Shown here: positions 50,593 through 64,000 of the stretch, piece by piece
Numbering within the stretch: position 1 is the first letter of the stretch
Layout: each line of letters starts with the position of its first letter
Assembly: GCA_012026655.1 (NCBI GenBank)
Contig: JAAILG010000726.1
Coordinates: 1-64,000 of the forward strand
Direction: 5' to 3'
DNA: 64,000 bases
Source of the DNA: Hydrolagus affinis
Taxonomy: Eukaryota
Translations under genes and position numbers: made by a program
The notes under the pieces: generated by a model
The model's database searches: none
Told to the model about the DNA's origin: nothing
What the model saw: the letters and a program-made list of their open reading frames with translations, nothing else

Positions 50593-52421
50593 TATTTCCT
50601 CCCCTGCAATCCATCAGACAGAAGTCAAAAAGACAAGAACAACAATAGTAAAATGTAACTTTCATTGCATTTTACCGAATCAATAATCGTATTATTGCAT
50701 ACGCCATATGAAACAGGTGTCAGCTTCGCTCAATAGGTAGCAACCTGGCCTCTGAGTCCAACATGCTTCTACAAACAATAATGAAGTATTATCTCAGTCT
50801 TGCAGGAAGTCAGTTTGTCGGATGCAAAAGATTATTAGGTCCACCACTCAGGCCAGCTGTTGTCCATGTTTAGCAATCGAACATGCATTTTTAAGGAAAT
50901 TGTTTCCATATTTTTTAAGTATCTGCTGACATTTTTAAAGAGCATGTTGTGTAATGATATATATGAATGATTTTTGTTTAAGTTTCGAACCATGAAGGCT
51001 TTGCAGCTCATTAAAAAAGCTCTACATATAAGCCAGTGATGGGTCAAAGATGAGTAGATAGTCTCATATCCTGAAGAGTAGTTGTAGTGCATCACTCCAC
51101 AACAAATTCCTAATCGATAAAGAGGGAGAAAGTGGAAAGAAAAATCACGAGCCTTGGAATCACGAGCCGCATTTGCTCTGTGACGGGTCAAGCATTATTA
51201 TAGCCACTTGCATGACATAATTCAGTGGATTTTTTGTTGCGTGCATGTTTTTTTTAATGAAATAAGTAATACAGTATTCCTAATGGAAAATGTACGCCAT
51301 TATGCCATAATTCAGTGAAGCGAGCACAAATTGATGTAGTTTCATTCGGCACACATGTACTTAAACAATTTTGATTAGAATAATGTGCAGATTTCCTTAC
51401 TTCCTTACCCACCACTGAAAGATGAAAGGTCTATTGGTTTCTGGATCGCTCTGGCGTCTCGCTACGCTCTCTGAAAATGCCAGTATGCTATCAGAAACAG
51501 CAGTAATTAACTCGTGCACGTGAGGTCCCCGGCTAGTGGGACAGGATTCCTGCACAGATTCCCAACCTTACTGTCATGAGGAGTACATGCTTGATTCAGA
51601 AGCAGTCACTGCCATCCGACATTACATTTCTTCTAGTTCCTTGGATTGTGAGTTGGCCTACGAAAGCCCTCTCCGATCTCAGGCTGAGAATCTGTGCACT
51701 GCTGGTTTCGTTATTTTACTCTGGGCAAGTCTCCAGTGAGTGTCAAAGAGCTACAGAGCCGAGGATTACTGCCTATTGAGTAATGTCACAGCATGGCAGC
51801 CTCTGGTCTCCCAACATCATTCACAATAAAGAATAGCATCATCAACAATAGATACTGAATTACCTGCTAACCCAGAATTACATACTACATATAAGCATAT
51901 AAACTTGCTGTATTATTAAAGAAACAAATCATTTGAGTGAAAATTAGATATAGTTATCTGATCTCACCAAGAAATGACAGTATAATTGGCCTCACAACCA
52001 GTCCAGAGTTGTGAAGTGAGGATGTGGATGGAAATCAGTTTTGATTAATGCTCCTCCACTATCTAGATACCTTAGCGGAGATGTGCATGTGTTGAGGTCG
52101 AGCTTGCACAGGATGAGAATCAACTGTAATGCCCCCACGATCCAGAAGTTTTCTGACAATCAATTGTAGGCTCGCCAGTGAATGAAGCAAGGCACTTGTG
52201 GAAAGGAATCACTCAATCTCAGGTGCGAAGAGGGGGAAAAACAGTGATAAACGACAAAAGGTTGAAATAATAGACCACTGTGAGCCATAATAATATGTCT
52301 TTGATTTCACTATGCAAATGGATTTAATATGTTCTGCTCTGGCATGCACCTATAAACGCATTAGTCTCACAAACAGGGCATTGAAGATGACAACCTGAAG
52401 AGCGACCTAGAAGTGGTGCTC

Positions 52422-52546
52422 GTCTTCTCGATGTCTCAAAGTGCTTCGCGGAATATACTGTAAAGTGTAGTGACTGTATATTTGTGGCTGAAACGCGACA
52501 GCGCACTGCGCATAGCAGTGTCCCACAAGCAATTGAGTGACCAATT
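52422..52546 (-). mobile_element. SINE family A fragment
   Basis: gatgtctcaaagtgcttcgcggaatatactgtaaagtg...agcagtgtcccaca. Confidence 0.8.
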
Positions 52547-53255
52547 TATTTTTTTATATAGTATTGGTAATACATCAATTAGTGTTATTAATTTGTAAAT
52601 CTTTGTACTTAAAAAAAAATTCCTCCAGCATTGTTACTGATCTTTAATTTCATGAATATTACTCTTGCAGCATCTTTAAGGAAACACTTTGCAACATAAT
52701 TCTAGCAAGAAGTACTTTACCGAGTATTTTAGACTTTCTCTCCCTGACAAACTCGGTGTAAAAGAGACAGGTTCAGGTTGTGCTGCTTTAAGCAGTGAAG
52801 CAGAGCTGGGTAACTAACATTTTATATTCTGGGAAACCCATATCAGATAATTTCATCGTTTGAACTTTGCATTCTCCCAAAATAAAATTGCTAGTAATTA
52901 AGTGACAGTAGTGCCGACAACTGGAATAAAACCAAGTGAATGTCTTTGCTGTAAGCCAGCAAAGGTCAGCGGCTTGATTTACAAAGATAGTCTCTGGGAC
53001 GCTATCCCACATGAAGGGTGCTAAATAAACGCAAGTTGTTGTTGCTGTAGCCAACAATGGCAGCCAGAATTAGAAAGAGTAAAGATTTCTAGATGAGAAA
53101 CATACATCTCTGCCTGGAAAATGAGATCTAGAGAGTAATTTACAGCTTTGGAACACACTGGAACCAACATAATTTGTTACATTACAGGCTCGGATGCAAT
53201 ACATAATATATCTAAACACATGTTTGGATGGGTGTATGTTTTGTGTATATATAGA

Positions 53256-53448
53256 TAATATTCCTTGCATTTCAAATAGCACCTTTCATATCTGGGGACC
53301 TCAGTTTAATGTCTCATCTGAAGGTTGTTGCCTTCCCTGTACAACATTGAAGTGTCAGCCTAATCTAAGTGCAAAATCCCATGGCAGTTTGAAACCACGA
53401 CCTTCTGACTCAAAGTGAGAGTATTCTCAATTGAGCCAGGGTGACACT
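53256..53448 (-). mobile_element. SacSINE1-like DeuSINE, internally deleted
   Basis: Tail joined directly to gtttaatgtctcatctgaagg, then head ccttctgactc. Confidence 0.75.
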
Positions 53449-53603
53449 AGAGGTGTGTGTGTTTGTGTGTGTGTGTAGACGTGCCATTATGTACTTGAAA
53501 CATATTAAAAACCAGGATCATTTAAAAATAAAATCAAAATAGCTAAATTGATCATTGATGTCTGTTTGTAGGACACCGTTGTGTGTAAACTGGCGGCCCT
53601 ATT

Positions 53604-53918
53604 CAACGACAACAAATGTAATGTGTATAGCGCCTTTCACGTCGGGAGGACATCCCAAGGTGCTGGACAGTCAGTGTTTCGGCCCCGAGCTGGGGTCGGG
53701 ATCAGGGAGGGTGGATGGAAGGGGGATGACCAACAGCACGGTCAAAGAGGAGGGTCTTGAGGTGGGACTTGAAGAAGACTAAGGAGGGTGCGAGGTACGT
53801 TTGAATTGAATCCTTTATATGATGGGATGCCAGTGGGGTTTGTGTGAGGATGGGGATGATAGGTTTGCGGAGCCTGATGCAAGAGAGGACATGGGCTGCA
53901 GAGTTCTGGGTGATCTTC
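53604..53918 (-). mobile_element. L2-B 3' fragment inserted in a DeuSINE remnant (~53560-54025)
   Basis: QNSAAHVLSCIRLRKPIIPIL and FKSHLKTLLFDRAVG; SINE halves on both sides. Confidence 0.85.
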
Positions 53919-56900
53919 AATGACAAAATACACAATTACTACACTTTACAATAAATTATGTGAAGTGCTTTGAGAAATTCACAACACAATAAGGTACTGT
54001 ATGAAACGCAAGCATTATTATTATTGCATTTAAAATAATCATGCAAAAAAAAACTTTACGGAATAGTATGGAATATTTGCTAAATATTTCAAAATGTGAA
54101 AACAAAGATTCTGATTTGTTCACGGTGAACATTTATAGGTGTGGAAAGAATGAAAACAAAGACTTACAGATAAGGTAACAACAACAATAAAATTACATTT
54201 ATATAGCGCCTTTAGGCAGCAACAAATCTACAACACCTCTCATGATACAAGACACCTAGGTAATCAACTCGGGAAAATTGGCGTCGACAAATTCTCTCCT
54301 CTCTTATACCATTCATCCTTGAGTGCAGAATCAAATTCCTCAGGTATGGGCACACTTTCCATCTTCCACTGCTTCAAAATATTTGACCAGATCGCCATAG
54401 ATATTAAAATACACTTCATTAATTAAATTAGAAAGGGTGAGCTGCGTTAATACTTGAGGTCTCTTTCATCTCCTGAAAAATGTAACTCAACACAAATTCA
54501 TTCTGATTTCACACCAACAACTGGAAAAACAATCAGCAATCACCAGATGCAAACACGGTCACAGATTGTTTACTGCACCCTCTACAAGGCAATACTTAAT
54601 TAAGTACCACAAAAACATTACAATATATTGAACAAAACTTTACCCAGATTTATATTTGTTGCTTATATGGAGACTTTTGGGAGCATTCAATGTGCAATGT
54701 TATGCTCTGAACAGAAATATTCTTCAAATATAATCTGTTCACATAACATTATCATTAGAGAATTGCTTCAAAGGCATCATCACTGCGGTCATAATTGTGC
54801 AGAATCACTTCCAATTTACTCTCCGAGTGCCAACATTCGGCACGTCGTTCCAAGGACAAACATATGACGGATATTTAATTTTGTTTAAATTAAACAAATA
54901 GGTTTTCAATCAAGTCTCATTAATGAAACCCTTGGGGCACAAAGCAGAAAGATTTGAAGTTCAGGATTATTGAGGACTGACTGAGATCCTCTGCTGTAGC
55001 TTCATCTGGAAATGGGTTAGAAGGCAGTTATAATGAGAAGCCTGTAACTTGTAAAGAGTTTGTTAATAATGAGATTCCATTGCACGTAAAGCAGAATGTA
55101 GTTAGAGCTAATCATAACTATTCATCATTGCTCAACAATTGGAAGACACGGTATAATAAACCTTCAATAAAGCTGGCCCATTGCTGCTTTAACCAAGAAA
55201 TCTACAGTAAAACTATTTGTACAATCGTTGAAATTCACATAAAGCACAAGAGTGTAGAGATCCACCTTAAAATGATTGTAACTCCCAGTAACCCTGACTT
55301 AATGATTCACTATAGCGATGAGGCAAAGATACTGAGATGGCACAGGTCCAAAGATGAGCCCATGCACAGTGAATAGGGCCTTATTATTGTAAATAATGTC
55401 AACTGGAGACTTAAATAGCACATGATTTAATGACTCCACATGTATCAATAAACACTCCAATTATAGTGGTTTAGTAATTCCCGATAATCCCACAGAAAGC
55501 TATATTTAGTAACTAATGGGTTTTCTATTAGCATGCAATCTCTTTGTCCTGCATTAAGTAGTTTTCGCAAAATGGTCCACACAGCAACAAGTGTGACCAC
55601 ACATGCCTGTGCCAACAGTATTAAGACTATTCTCTGGAGTACTGAAGACTCTCACATATTGTACCGCTCTACCAAAGTAGCAAGTGCAGCATCTATCAGA
55701 GACACATCACCCGAGGCGGGGAATTTTAAGTTGATATGAAAGTCACTCGATGACTGAAGTTACATTGTGTTCTATCACAAAAGGACTTTTCGTGTTATTC
55801 TCCCTGCAGTTTCATCCAGTCATTTTTCTGCTTCTCATTCTGATCGAGAAGCACATTACTAACACAAATTACTGCACAATCTGAAGGTATTACTGTATTT
55901 ATTATGACTTCTTCAGAGCTAAAATACTCATCGCTGTATTCATATAAATGCATATTGTTGTTGTTTATACTGTCAAGTGGTAGTGACTTTTTTCTCGGAG
56001 GCAAATGTGGCAGCCAATTTGCATGTAACAATGTCCTACAAACAATCCAAAAGTGATTGACTTATCTGGGGGATTGTTGGTACTGAGCTGTCTGAATGGT
56101 AACATTCTTGACAAAGGAGAATTGGGATTGAATTGATCTTCTAAGACAGTGTCTGTAGTCCAGCATCTGAATCAGGCACATCCACACTTCTCCAAGGTAC
56201 TGATTATGATAAACCAGGCAGTCTGTATTGTCAGCACTTATGGGAGGGATTCCTAACATAGTTCCTGTACACCCTGCCAAAGCCATAATGGTGGTCTTGG
56301 ATTGCTAAGCAATGGGAAGTCCTCCAGGGTAAAGTGTTTTTAACTGGTTATATTTCAGCAGTACCCCCACCACACTCTCTCCCCAAGCATTGGCTCTTGC
56401 CAACCTGCAACCAACATTTTCAGAGATTAGGTTTGAAGGATGTGTCCTTTGGGAAGAGTATACATTCCTTTCCAAGGGGAAGTTACCATGTACATCAGGA
56501 ACTCTCAGCTTGTTTAGATACTCTTAAACATGGCGATGGGTTTCTGCGTTTCTGACACCGGCCTGAACAGAACAAAATCAATTTAACAACAACAACAATA
56601 ACAAAATTACATTTGTCTAGCAATACTTCAGTTGATTTCTGAATTTACAAATTGTGATTTTTTTAAAGCATTTTTTATGATTTTTGTGATTCTGTAGACT
56701 TCATATTCAACTTCAAACTATTCAGAGAACTCACAGGATCCCGTGACAAAAAAATGTGCACCTTTAAAAACACGTAGCAAACAGTAAATGCTTAAAAGAT
56801 TTAAAATATTGAATCAAACCATATGCCTGGTTGCTGGTATGGAAGATATTGAAGGGGAATGGTCCAATGAGATGTGGTGAGGGGTTCTTTGCGATCAGTA

Positions 56901-56949
56901 CTTTATGATTATATCTTTGTTTTTCATTACACTAATGGATACATTGGTT

Positions 56950-57130
56950 TATAATAATAGTCCATGCATTTAATACAATGCCTTATCACATGGTTGAGGC
57001 ATCTCAAAGCGCTTCATAGAATATACCGTAAAGAGTATAATGGAGCTGTGTATTTTGTGGGCAAAATGCGGCAGCAAATTGTATCAATTACACATAGCAG
57101 TGTCCCAAAAATAGTTGTGGATTGAGTGGC
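56950..57130 (-). mobile_element. DeuSINE 3' fragment
   Basis: ctcaaagcgcttcatagaatatac...tttgtgggcaaaatgcggcagc. Confidence 0.7.
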
Positions 57131-59552
57131 CGTCTATTTGGATAAAGAAATTTTAAAGAATAAGAATGAAAATGGAACATACTAAATAACTGATGGAACA
57201 GACCAATATTTGGTATGGTACAGGGTGCTCTGGAACTTTCTGGATATTATTCCATTGCAGAGTTCACAAGATCAGTGTTTTTTATTATCCAATTCTCTTC
57301 TAATAATATAAACAAAGTACCCTTGTTCAGGTTGCTGTTGGAGTTCTACATTCTGTTCTGCATTCATGGATATTTCCTAATATGTTTTAAAGTCCTCAGA
57401 AAAAAAAGGTGTGCGTACACTTTGGAAATCAGAAAGGGCTTCAGGACCAAAACACTGAAAATCTCTCGGCACTTTGTAAATGGGATATTTCAGTTTTTAC
57501 TACAAAGTACGACTGTTCAATCTGCAACTAGTTATGCAACGGGGATTACTTCAGATGATGTAACTGTTGTAGTTCAGATGGATGAGATTTATGAAAGCAC
57601 AGGAAAGCCATGCAACCATACACCGAAGCCACAATTTTGCCTCAATATGCTTCTTTCTGTAATTGCCATATTCCCCACTAAGTTAATCCCAGAAAACGTG
57701 CACATCGGGAAGAGATATTTCAGCACCAAACACTCTTTTAAAAATAATACATTTTGAGTTCATTTGTTTCCATGACATTCTGTCAAAACCATAAAAAAAT
57801 GTCTGCCCCAATTTAAACATCTTCAAAGCGGGTTTAAAAATAAAAGGGGAAAAAATGAGCTTTTCATTGATAGAGTTCAGTCAACAAAATGGCTTGGAAG
57901 ACTTATTATAATTATAGTGGATGAACTGAGTGCAGATGAATTCTACTTTGGGCCTTTGACGGCCGAACTATCTTCCAGGAAAAATGAAATACTTTGTGGC
58001 TTGTTGCAGAAGGAAAACTGGAACATTTTTTTGCAGCTCTATAATGAGCTGTTCCAGAAAACTAGGGATACCTAAACAAGGAACTACCTGTTCCTGGCTG
58101 TACCTAGGAATGTGGCCAGATCATTTTTATTGATTTAACCTTTTTTAAAAAAAAATGGTATGCTACACATCCTCAGGTTCAAGAATTTGGTCTATTTGTT
58201 GATTCATAGCCTGATGCAGTCAAGGAGCTAGGTGAGCTGTGGCTTTGTGAAGGAAACATATACTGCCAATGTGCTATGTACAGAGAATATGATTCAAATA
58301 TTCCATTTACACTTACGAGAGGATTTCAGTGTTCAGTGCTGACGGTCATTCTAATTTTCAACACTTATTTTCTCTGAGAACTTTAAAAAGTATTGGGAAA
58401 TAACTATGAACACAGAACATAGTCCAAAACCTGAATAGTAACTGCACAAGGGTATTTTGTTTACATTATTTTAAGTGGATATTTAACATAAACAAAACAC
58501 TCAATAAACGCAGGTTAATATACCCAACAGAAACATGTACATCAAACGAATCTTGCAGTCTTTGTATTGTGTTCACTCTTTTACTGCGGACTTGGCCTTA
58601 GCCCACCTGCCAAGGGTTTTTATCTTTTTAAGTCCTATTTGACGATATCAAGTCAGCAAAACTTTTTTGGAGAAAAAGCACTAGTCCAGCATACGTCAAA
58701 CTAGCAATGTTACTTCAGTCAATTCATTCTTGCACACGAGTTCAAATGAGGACAAACAGACTAGACTTTATCCGACTCAACTACCAATCCTGTGGTTCAC
58801 GTTCACTGCAAACTGCATGGTTTGGATCACCAATCCACTCTGTGCTACATAACGTAATCACTTCTCAGTCACTGATTCTTGATGTTTTTTGCCTACCTAC
58901 GCCAGCATCGAGAGGCTGCTCAAACGTCACAGCTGCTGCAAAGTAGTACAATGTACACAAATATTATAGTGCATTAACTCATTTCCACAACTGTTCAGAC
59001 TCCATTTGAAGTGCCAGAACTCCATTTATTCCTCATCAGGATTTACGTAGCACATTGCTGCAGGGACGATTTCTGGGTGAGTTAGGTCACCGTTGACAAG
59101 ACGCAGGAAGCAACAGCTATTCTTGGTGACCTGACTACCTGGAAGTCAGATATTTGTTAGAACAGGAAGCCAGACAGGCTACATCAGAAGTGGGCTGCAC
59201 TTCTTGTCACAGAGCATTAGCATTAAAAACAAACCATGCTCAACTTGGGATGTGATGATAGGATTGCGCTGTGTTTAATTCCATTGAAATTCACATACTG
59301 TTGTGCCAGATATACAACATTAACAGGGATTAAAATACATCTAAAATATTTACACAATGCTGTTTCCTGGGAGGTTCAATCAATCAATAGTTGTTTTAAA
59401 ACTTATGAAGAGGGAAGTCATCCATATTTTAATTAGAAGCACAGCGAATTTTACACAAACGCAACATGAAAGTTACAATGTCATCCTTCACACCTTGAAT
59501 TTCTCGGTTTCAGTGCAGTATCTATGGTCGTTCCTTCTCTGGACTTATTTCA

Positions 59553-59842
59553 CTCCTGTAGCTCAGTGGTTGGAGCACTCACCGTACAAGCGTGAGACCT
59601 GTGTTCGAATCCAGGCAGAGATCAGGGCGAAACCTTGAGCAAGTTTCCTTACTCCACATGCCCAATAATAATTCCCCTCTAAAAACAATAATAAATCAGT
59701 CATTTCAATCCACGACTGTTTGTGGGACACTGCTGTACGCAATTGGCTGCCGCATTTCGCCCACAAATATACAGTCAATTCACTTTACAAAGTGACGATA
59801 AGATGTAAAAAGCGCTATATCAAATGCAAGGATTATTATTAT
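59553..59842 (+). mobile_element. SINE family A, full length with a small deletion in the tail
   Basis: tagctcagtggttggagcactc...gttcgaatcc head, Deu segment, tail. Confidence 0.93.
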
Positions 59843-61095
59843 GATGGTTATTATTATCTTCATACTATTTAATTCAAGTGCATCTCTCATGAACTATATC
59901 CACTGTACCTCGCTAGATCCACACTTTCAGAACTGACTCCTTACCAATTTAATTCCTCTGACAAGCTTCATTCTGTTAAGACCTCTTGGATTATAGCATC
60001 TTCTCCTACAATTATCAGCCTTGGTTGCATCCCGCATTTTGAGCTTTGGGTCTATTACTTAGGTTTCTCAATAAAATTAATCATAGAACGGCATATCTGG
60101 TATGGGACACAACAACTCACACTGTCTAGAATGTCCGCTACAAAATAAAGTTGTAGCTTCAAGGTCAAAAGATATGATTCAGCCAGTGGAAAAACAACAT
60201 GACATCATACAACTATAGGATCAATGCTGGTGTTCACAATGAGCACAAATAGAGCAGAAATGCATCAAAAGGCAGCAGCAGCTATAAACATTAACCTTCA
60301 GCTCCTCCAATGGCTCAGTGAGTTTATTCAGTGAAGAGCTGATCCACACGGACTGAAATCTTGATCTGCAGCAGAGTAAACTGGGCAACAGGCAGGACAC
60401 TGCAGCTAGCTTCAATATCTCAGTTGGGAAAGTTTCCCAATAATATCAGTCAGGATTCCTGTTTCAGTTTACAATCCAATGAATCTTGCTGAAGGTGTGC
60501 AGGTGGGATTAAGCTATATAGTTTGGATTTATACAGAGCCTCTCAAGTCAGGAGGAATTTCAAAGGATGGGTGAGGATAGGATCAATCTAGCGATGTACC
60601 TCCCGTTCCCCCTACCCCACCTCACAACAGCTGGCTCTTCAAATAAAATGCTGGTTGCCAGCGAGGCTGTATTATTCAATGGAAATAACATTTCTAGAAG
60701 TTGCAATGAGAAGCCAAACTATGCCAATAACAATTACAATACAAAACCATTGTGTCCAATGGCCAGAGCAAAAGCTAGTCCTGCCCAAGTGTAGAAAGAG
60801 TTTTTCTCAATATACCGTAAAGTCACCAAATCCCAAGAACAAATCATAAATAAGTGAAATAAAACTGAAGGAATGCCACACCCGATGGTGTCGTGCTATG
60901 AAAGTCACTGGCCTGGTGTGTGCTGTCAACCATCGCTGGCAGAAGTGTAATAAAAGTAAATTTAGCAGCATATCATTGCAATAAACAGACACCAAACTTA
61001 AAGTTTCATGCTTAGGGTGGATGACATAATTTAAACCACCCGCCCCTCCCCCATTAAATCAAACTGTGCAATAAACTTGCTCATGTTTATTTTGG

Positions 61096-61553
61096 ATGTC
61101 TCTCTGGCTCAGTCGGTAGCACTCTCACCTCTGAGTCAGAAGCTTGTAGGTTTAAGGCGCATGTGAGGGCTTTGAGTTCATTGTCTCGGCTGACACTCCA
61201 ATACATTCCAAGGAGAGTGCTGCATTCTTGGCGGTGCCGTCCTTTGAATGGTCCCATTTGTCTGTTCAGATGAACGTCAAAGACCCCATGGCAGTATTAA
61301 AGACCCCATGGCAGTATTCAAAAAGAAAAGGAAGTTTCGCTCACAGTCCTGCCCCGATAAAATCCACGACATTGCCATTTTTGGAACATTAACTATTCTC
61401 CAGATAAATTTCATTTTGTGCCTGTATGTGGACATTGGTGCACATACATTGACTATTATGTTTGACTGCAAAATGCACAGTCACTACAGTATTCTGTGAG
61501 GAGCTTTCAGATGTCTAAGATTGAATAAAAGATTATATCAAATGCAAGGATTG
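61096..61553 (+). mobile_element. SacSINE1-like DeuSINE
   Basis: ggctcagtcggtagcactctcacctctgagtcagaag; internal 20-bp tandem duplication aaagaccccatggcagtatt. Confidence 0.85.
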
Positions 61554-62421
61554 ATTTATATTTTAGATACAGCTACTGTACTGCATACACTCAAAATCAT
61601 ACTGATCACTGTTTGTGATATCATAATATACTTCTGCAGTAAAGTTGATAAATCACAGATGATCACAGTGTGGTTGTGCTCTGACGTAGACTAATGTTCT
61701 GTTTGGCTTGCCAGCTGCCTTCATGTCTCAGTGATTACAGCCACCGGTGCACTAAAACACACGGCAAGGCATTCGCCTATAAAAATACAGGCACTGCATT
61801 TTACAATGAATCCTGTGAAACTCTGAGACATCCTCCCAAAGTGAAGCTATATCAAATGCAAGGATTATTATTATTACTACTACTGCTGTATTATGAGGGC
61901 AGCATTAGCAAACCCGTGTTCTGGTACCATAAAGTTTTCAAATGTCATCCTAAGTGATCCTCAGCAGAATGTGTTGATGTCTCGACAATTACTACATCCA
62001 GAGAATTTTGTAGTCCGTTAAAACAAATGGATAAAATTATACAAAAGTAATTCAAAAACAGCACTATCACATTCATCTCTTTCTCTATTGAGTCGCCTTT
62101 GTGAATCTGTGAATCCCTTTGGCTTTTCATCCCCTCCAAAACGAACTCTGGAGTATACTACTGTATCTCACAATCAGTTTTACAATCAGTAATGCCAGAA
62201 CAATATGCATGCTCTGAAGTGTTGTCAATAGGATTTCAGTTAAGCATAATGGTGGTAATGTGAAATGTTCATACTGTGTCATTTGAATTGTAAAACACTT
62301 TCATGCATTTAGAGTTGTTGGTCTTTCCAAATTGGGGTATGTCTGGAGAGAATAGGCTAAGCTATAGAGCACAAAGATGAAGTGTTGATGGCTGTAGGTT
62401 TATCATCTCGAGGAAAAACAA

Positions 62422-62790
62422 ATTGCATTTGATGTAGTGCCTTATCACACTGTCAAAACATCGCAAACTGCTTCACAGGATATATTGTGAAATGGTATAT
62501 TGTGTATTTTGTGGGCAAAATCTGGCAGCCAATTGCGCACAACAATGTCTCACAAACAGCCATGGTGTGAGTAAACAAGTTTATTTAGGGATTGTTGACC
62601 ATAACACTGGGAGAAACTCCCTCTCTTTTCAATGCTATGGAATCTTTAAGGTCCACATGAACAGGCAGATGGGACCTCGGTTTTAACATGTGCAAAGCAG
62701 CACATCCCAGGCACCACTTCGAAGTATCAGTTTACAAAACAGATTCCAAGTCTCAGAGGTGAGAGTGCTACCACTGAGCCAAGCTGACAC
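62422..62790 (-). mobile_element. SacSINE1-like DeuSINE
   Basis: ggcagccaattgcgcac...ctcagaggtgagagtgctaccactgagcc. Confidence 0.85.
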
Positions 62791-63202
62791 ACAACATACT
62801 GGCATAACATTACATCCTACATACCCAAGTGCAATTCTTCTTACAACATATCGATACCAACATGTTAAAATACTTCTCGTGTCAACATTGCCTGTTGTGC
62901 ATGCAATTTAAATCAGCAGAAACCGATGGGAGGCTTGACCTGTTTTGACATTACATGCTGTGGGACTGGAGCCCATGATCACACTGAGTGTCACAGCCGA
63001 TTTTTCACTTGTTAAAACCTTTCCAATAAAAATGTTGTGTCACAGAAATGCACAAGAATAGATATCAGACACAACTGCTGGCTCCACACCCATCATAGTC
63101 TGCAAGAGTCCATTACAAAACAATTGCATTGCTTATCAATGTACTGTACATGTAATTATCTTGAATGCACTTATATATAGACTTAGATTGTTTTGTACAG
63201 TG

Positions 63203-63688
63203 TGCGTCAACTAGGCCCAGTTGGTAGTACTCTTGCATCTGAGACAGAAGGTTGTGGGTTCAAAGCCCATGTTGTAACTTGAAACTCATACAGTCTAAGC
63301 TGAAACTTCAATGTATTCAAGGGCTGTGCTGCATTGTTGGAGGTGCCATCCTTAAGACGAGACGTTAAACCAAGGCACCGTCTGCTGTTGATGTTAAAGA
63401 TCCAATTGCATTATTAGAAAAGAAAAGGAAGTTGACAATCCCTCCAAATCTCCCCTAACAATCCCCCCAAATCCCCTCCTTGTGTTAACAATCCCCCCAA
63501 ATTAAAACAAAAAATCCATTCACTTCATGGCTGTTTGTGGGACATTGCTCTGTGAAAACTGGTTGTTGTTTTAATCCACAAAACACACAGTCACTACACT
63601 TTATAGAATATCGTGTGAAATGCTTTGGGATGTCCTCACAGCATATAAAGGCACTCTACTGAATGCACGGATTATAATTATTATAATA
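63203..63688 (+). mobile_element. SacSINE1-like DeuSINE
   Basis: ctgagacagaaggttgtgggttcaa...gagacgttaaaccaaggc...tail. Confidence 0.85.
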
Positions 63689-63691
63689 AGC

Positions 63692-63814
63692 TTTTGTGTA
63701 CTAGTGTAGAGAGACGTATGTGCCATGTACTCCACATGTATATACATGGTTATCTTCTACACACTCGTATACACACTGTACTGGAGACTATGTTTTATAC
63801 ACTAGTATACAAAA
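63692..63814. mobile_element. Small fold-back element / putative MITE
   Basis: Ends ttttgtgtactagtgta / tacactagtatacaaaa (16 of 17 complementary). Confidence 0.55.
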
Positions 63815-64000
63815 ATTGGATGAAGAAAGTGACTAATACATGATGAAACATTAACTCCTTGAAGCTGTCTGCACAAACCACATCAAAGTCAATATTCACA
63901 GCGAGTGTAGTGTCTGGACATAACTATTAACTTACAGTTCAGATATGTGATCAAAGAGGCATTAAGGTGTTACGCAGTACATGAATGACACTGTGTGGGT

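Noticed and set aside
51145-51325. Short direct repeats (aatcacgagcc x2, cataattcagtg x2), possibly a Crypton-like remnant
   Set aside because: Too short and degenerate to assign without a search.
57215-57757. 180-aa plus-strand ORF
   Set aside because: No recognisable domain, composition typical of AT-rich non-coding DNA, and no convincing splice context.
57776-58074. Stop-free frame of about 99 codons (..IVDELSADEFYFGPLTAEL..)
   Set aside because: No ATG, no good acceptor and no recognisable homology; a frame this long can occur by chance in 64 kb.
1-64000. CRISPR-like array or prokaryotic operon
   Set aside because: Repeats are dispersed retroelement copies with irregular spacing; the sequence is vertebrate-like and has no gene-dense ORF structure.

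Overview
Eukaryotic, AT-rich and almost entirely non-coding DNA. The repeat content points to a cartilaginous fish, probably a chimaera or elephant shark (inferred from repeat families only). It includes SacSINE1-like DeuSINEs, a young tRNA-head SINE with CORE-like and Deu segments, L2 and CR1 LINE fragments, shark-type Penelope palindromes, a Tigger transposon and MITEs. No complete gene or functional RNA gene is recognisable, and nearly all track ORFs are spurious or LINE/transposon debris. The window reads like a long intron or gene 3' region. Points of interest: (1) a cluster of possible minus-strand alternative or terminal exons in the first 5 kb, with a 15-bp inverted repeat covering one acceptor and a short duplicated segment; (2) a covarying 3' stem-loop shared by SINEs and two L2 families that insert into one another; (3) a hammerhead-ribozyme remnant in a Penelope fragment; (4) a ~10-kb repeat-poor block containing a ~135-nt hairpin. 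Repeat boundaries were read by eye and are approximate (about +/-10-20 nt) unless TIRs/TSDs are quoted. Family names come from remembered consensus motifs, not from a search.
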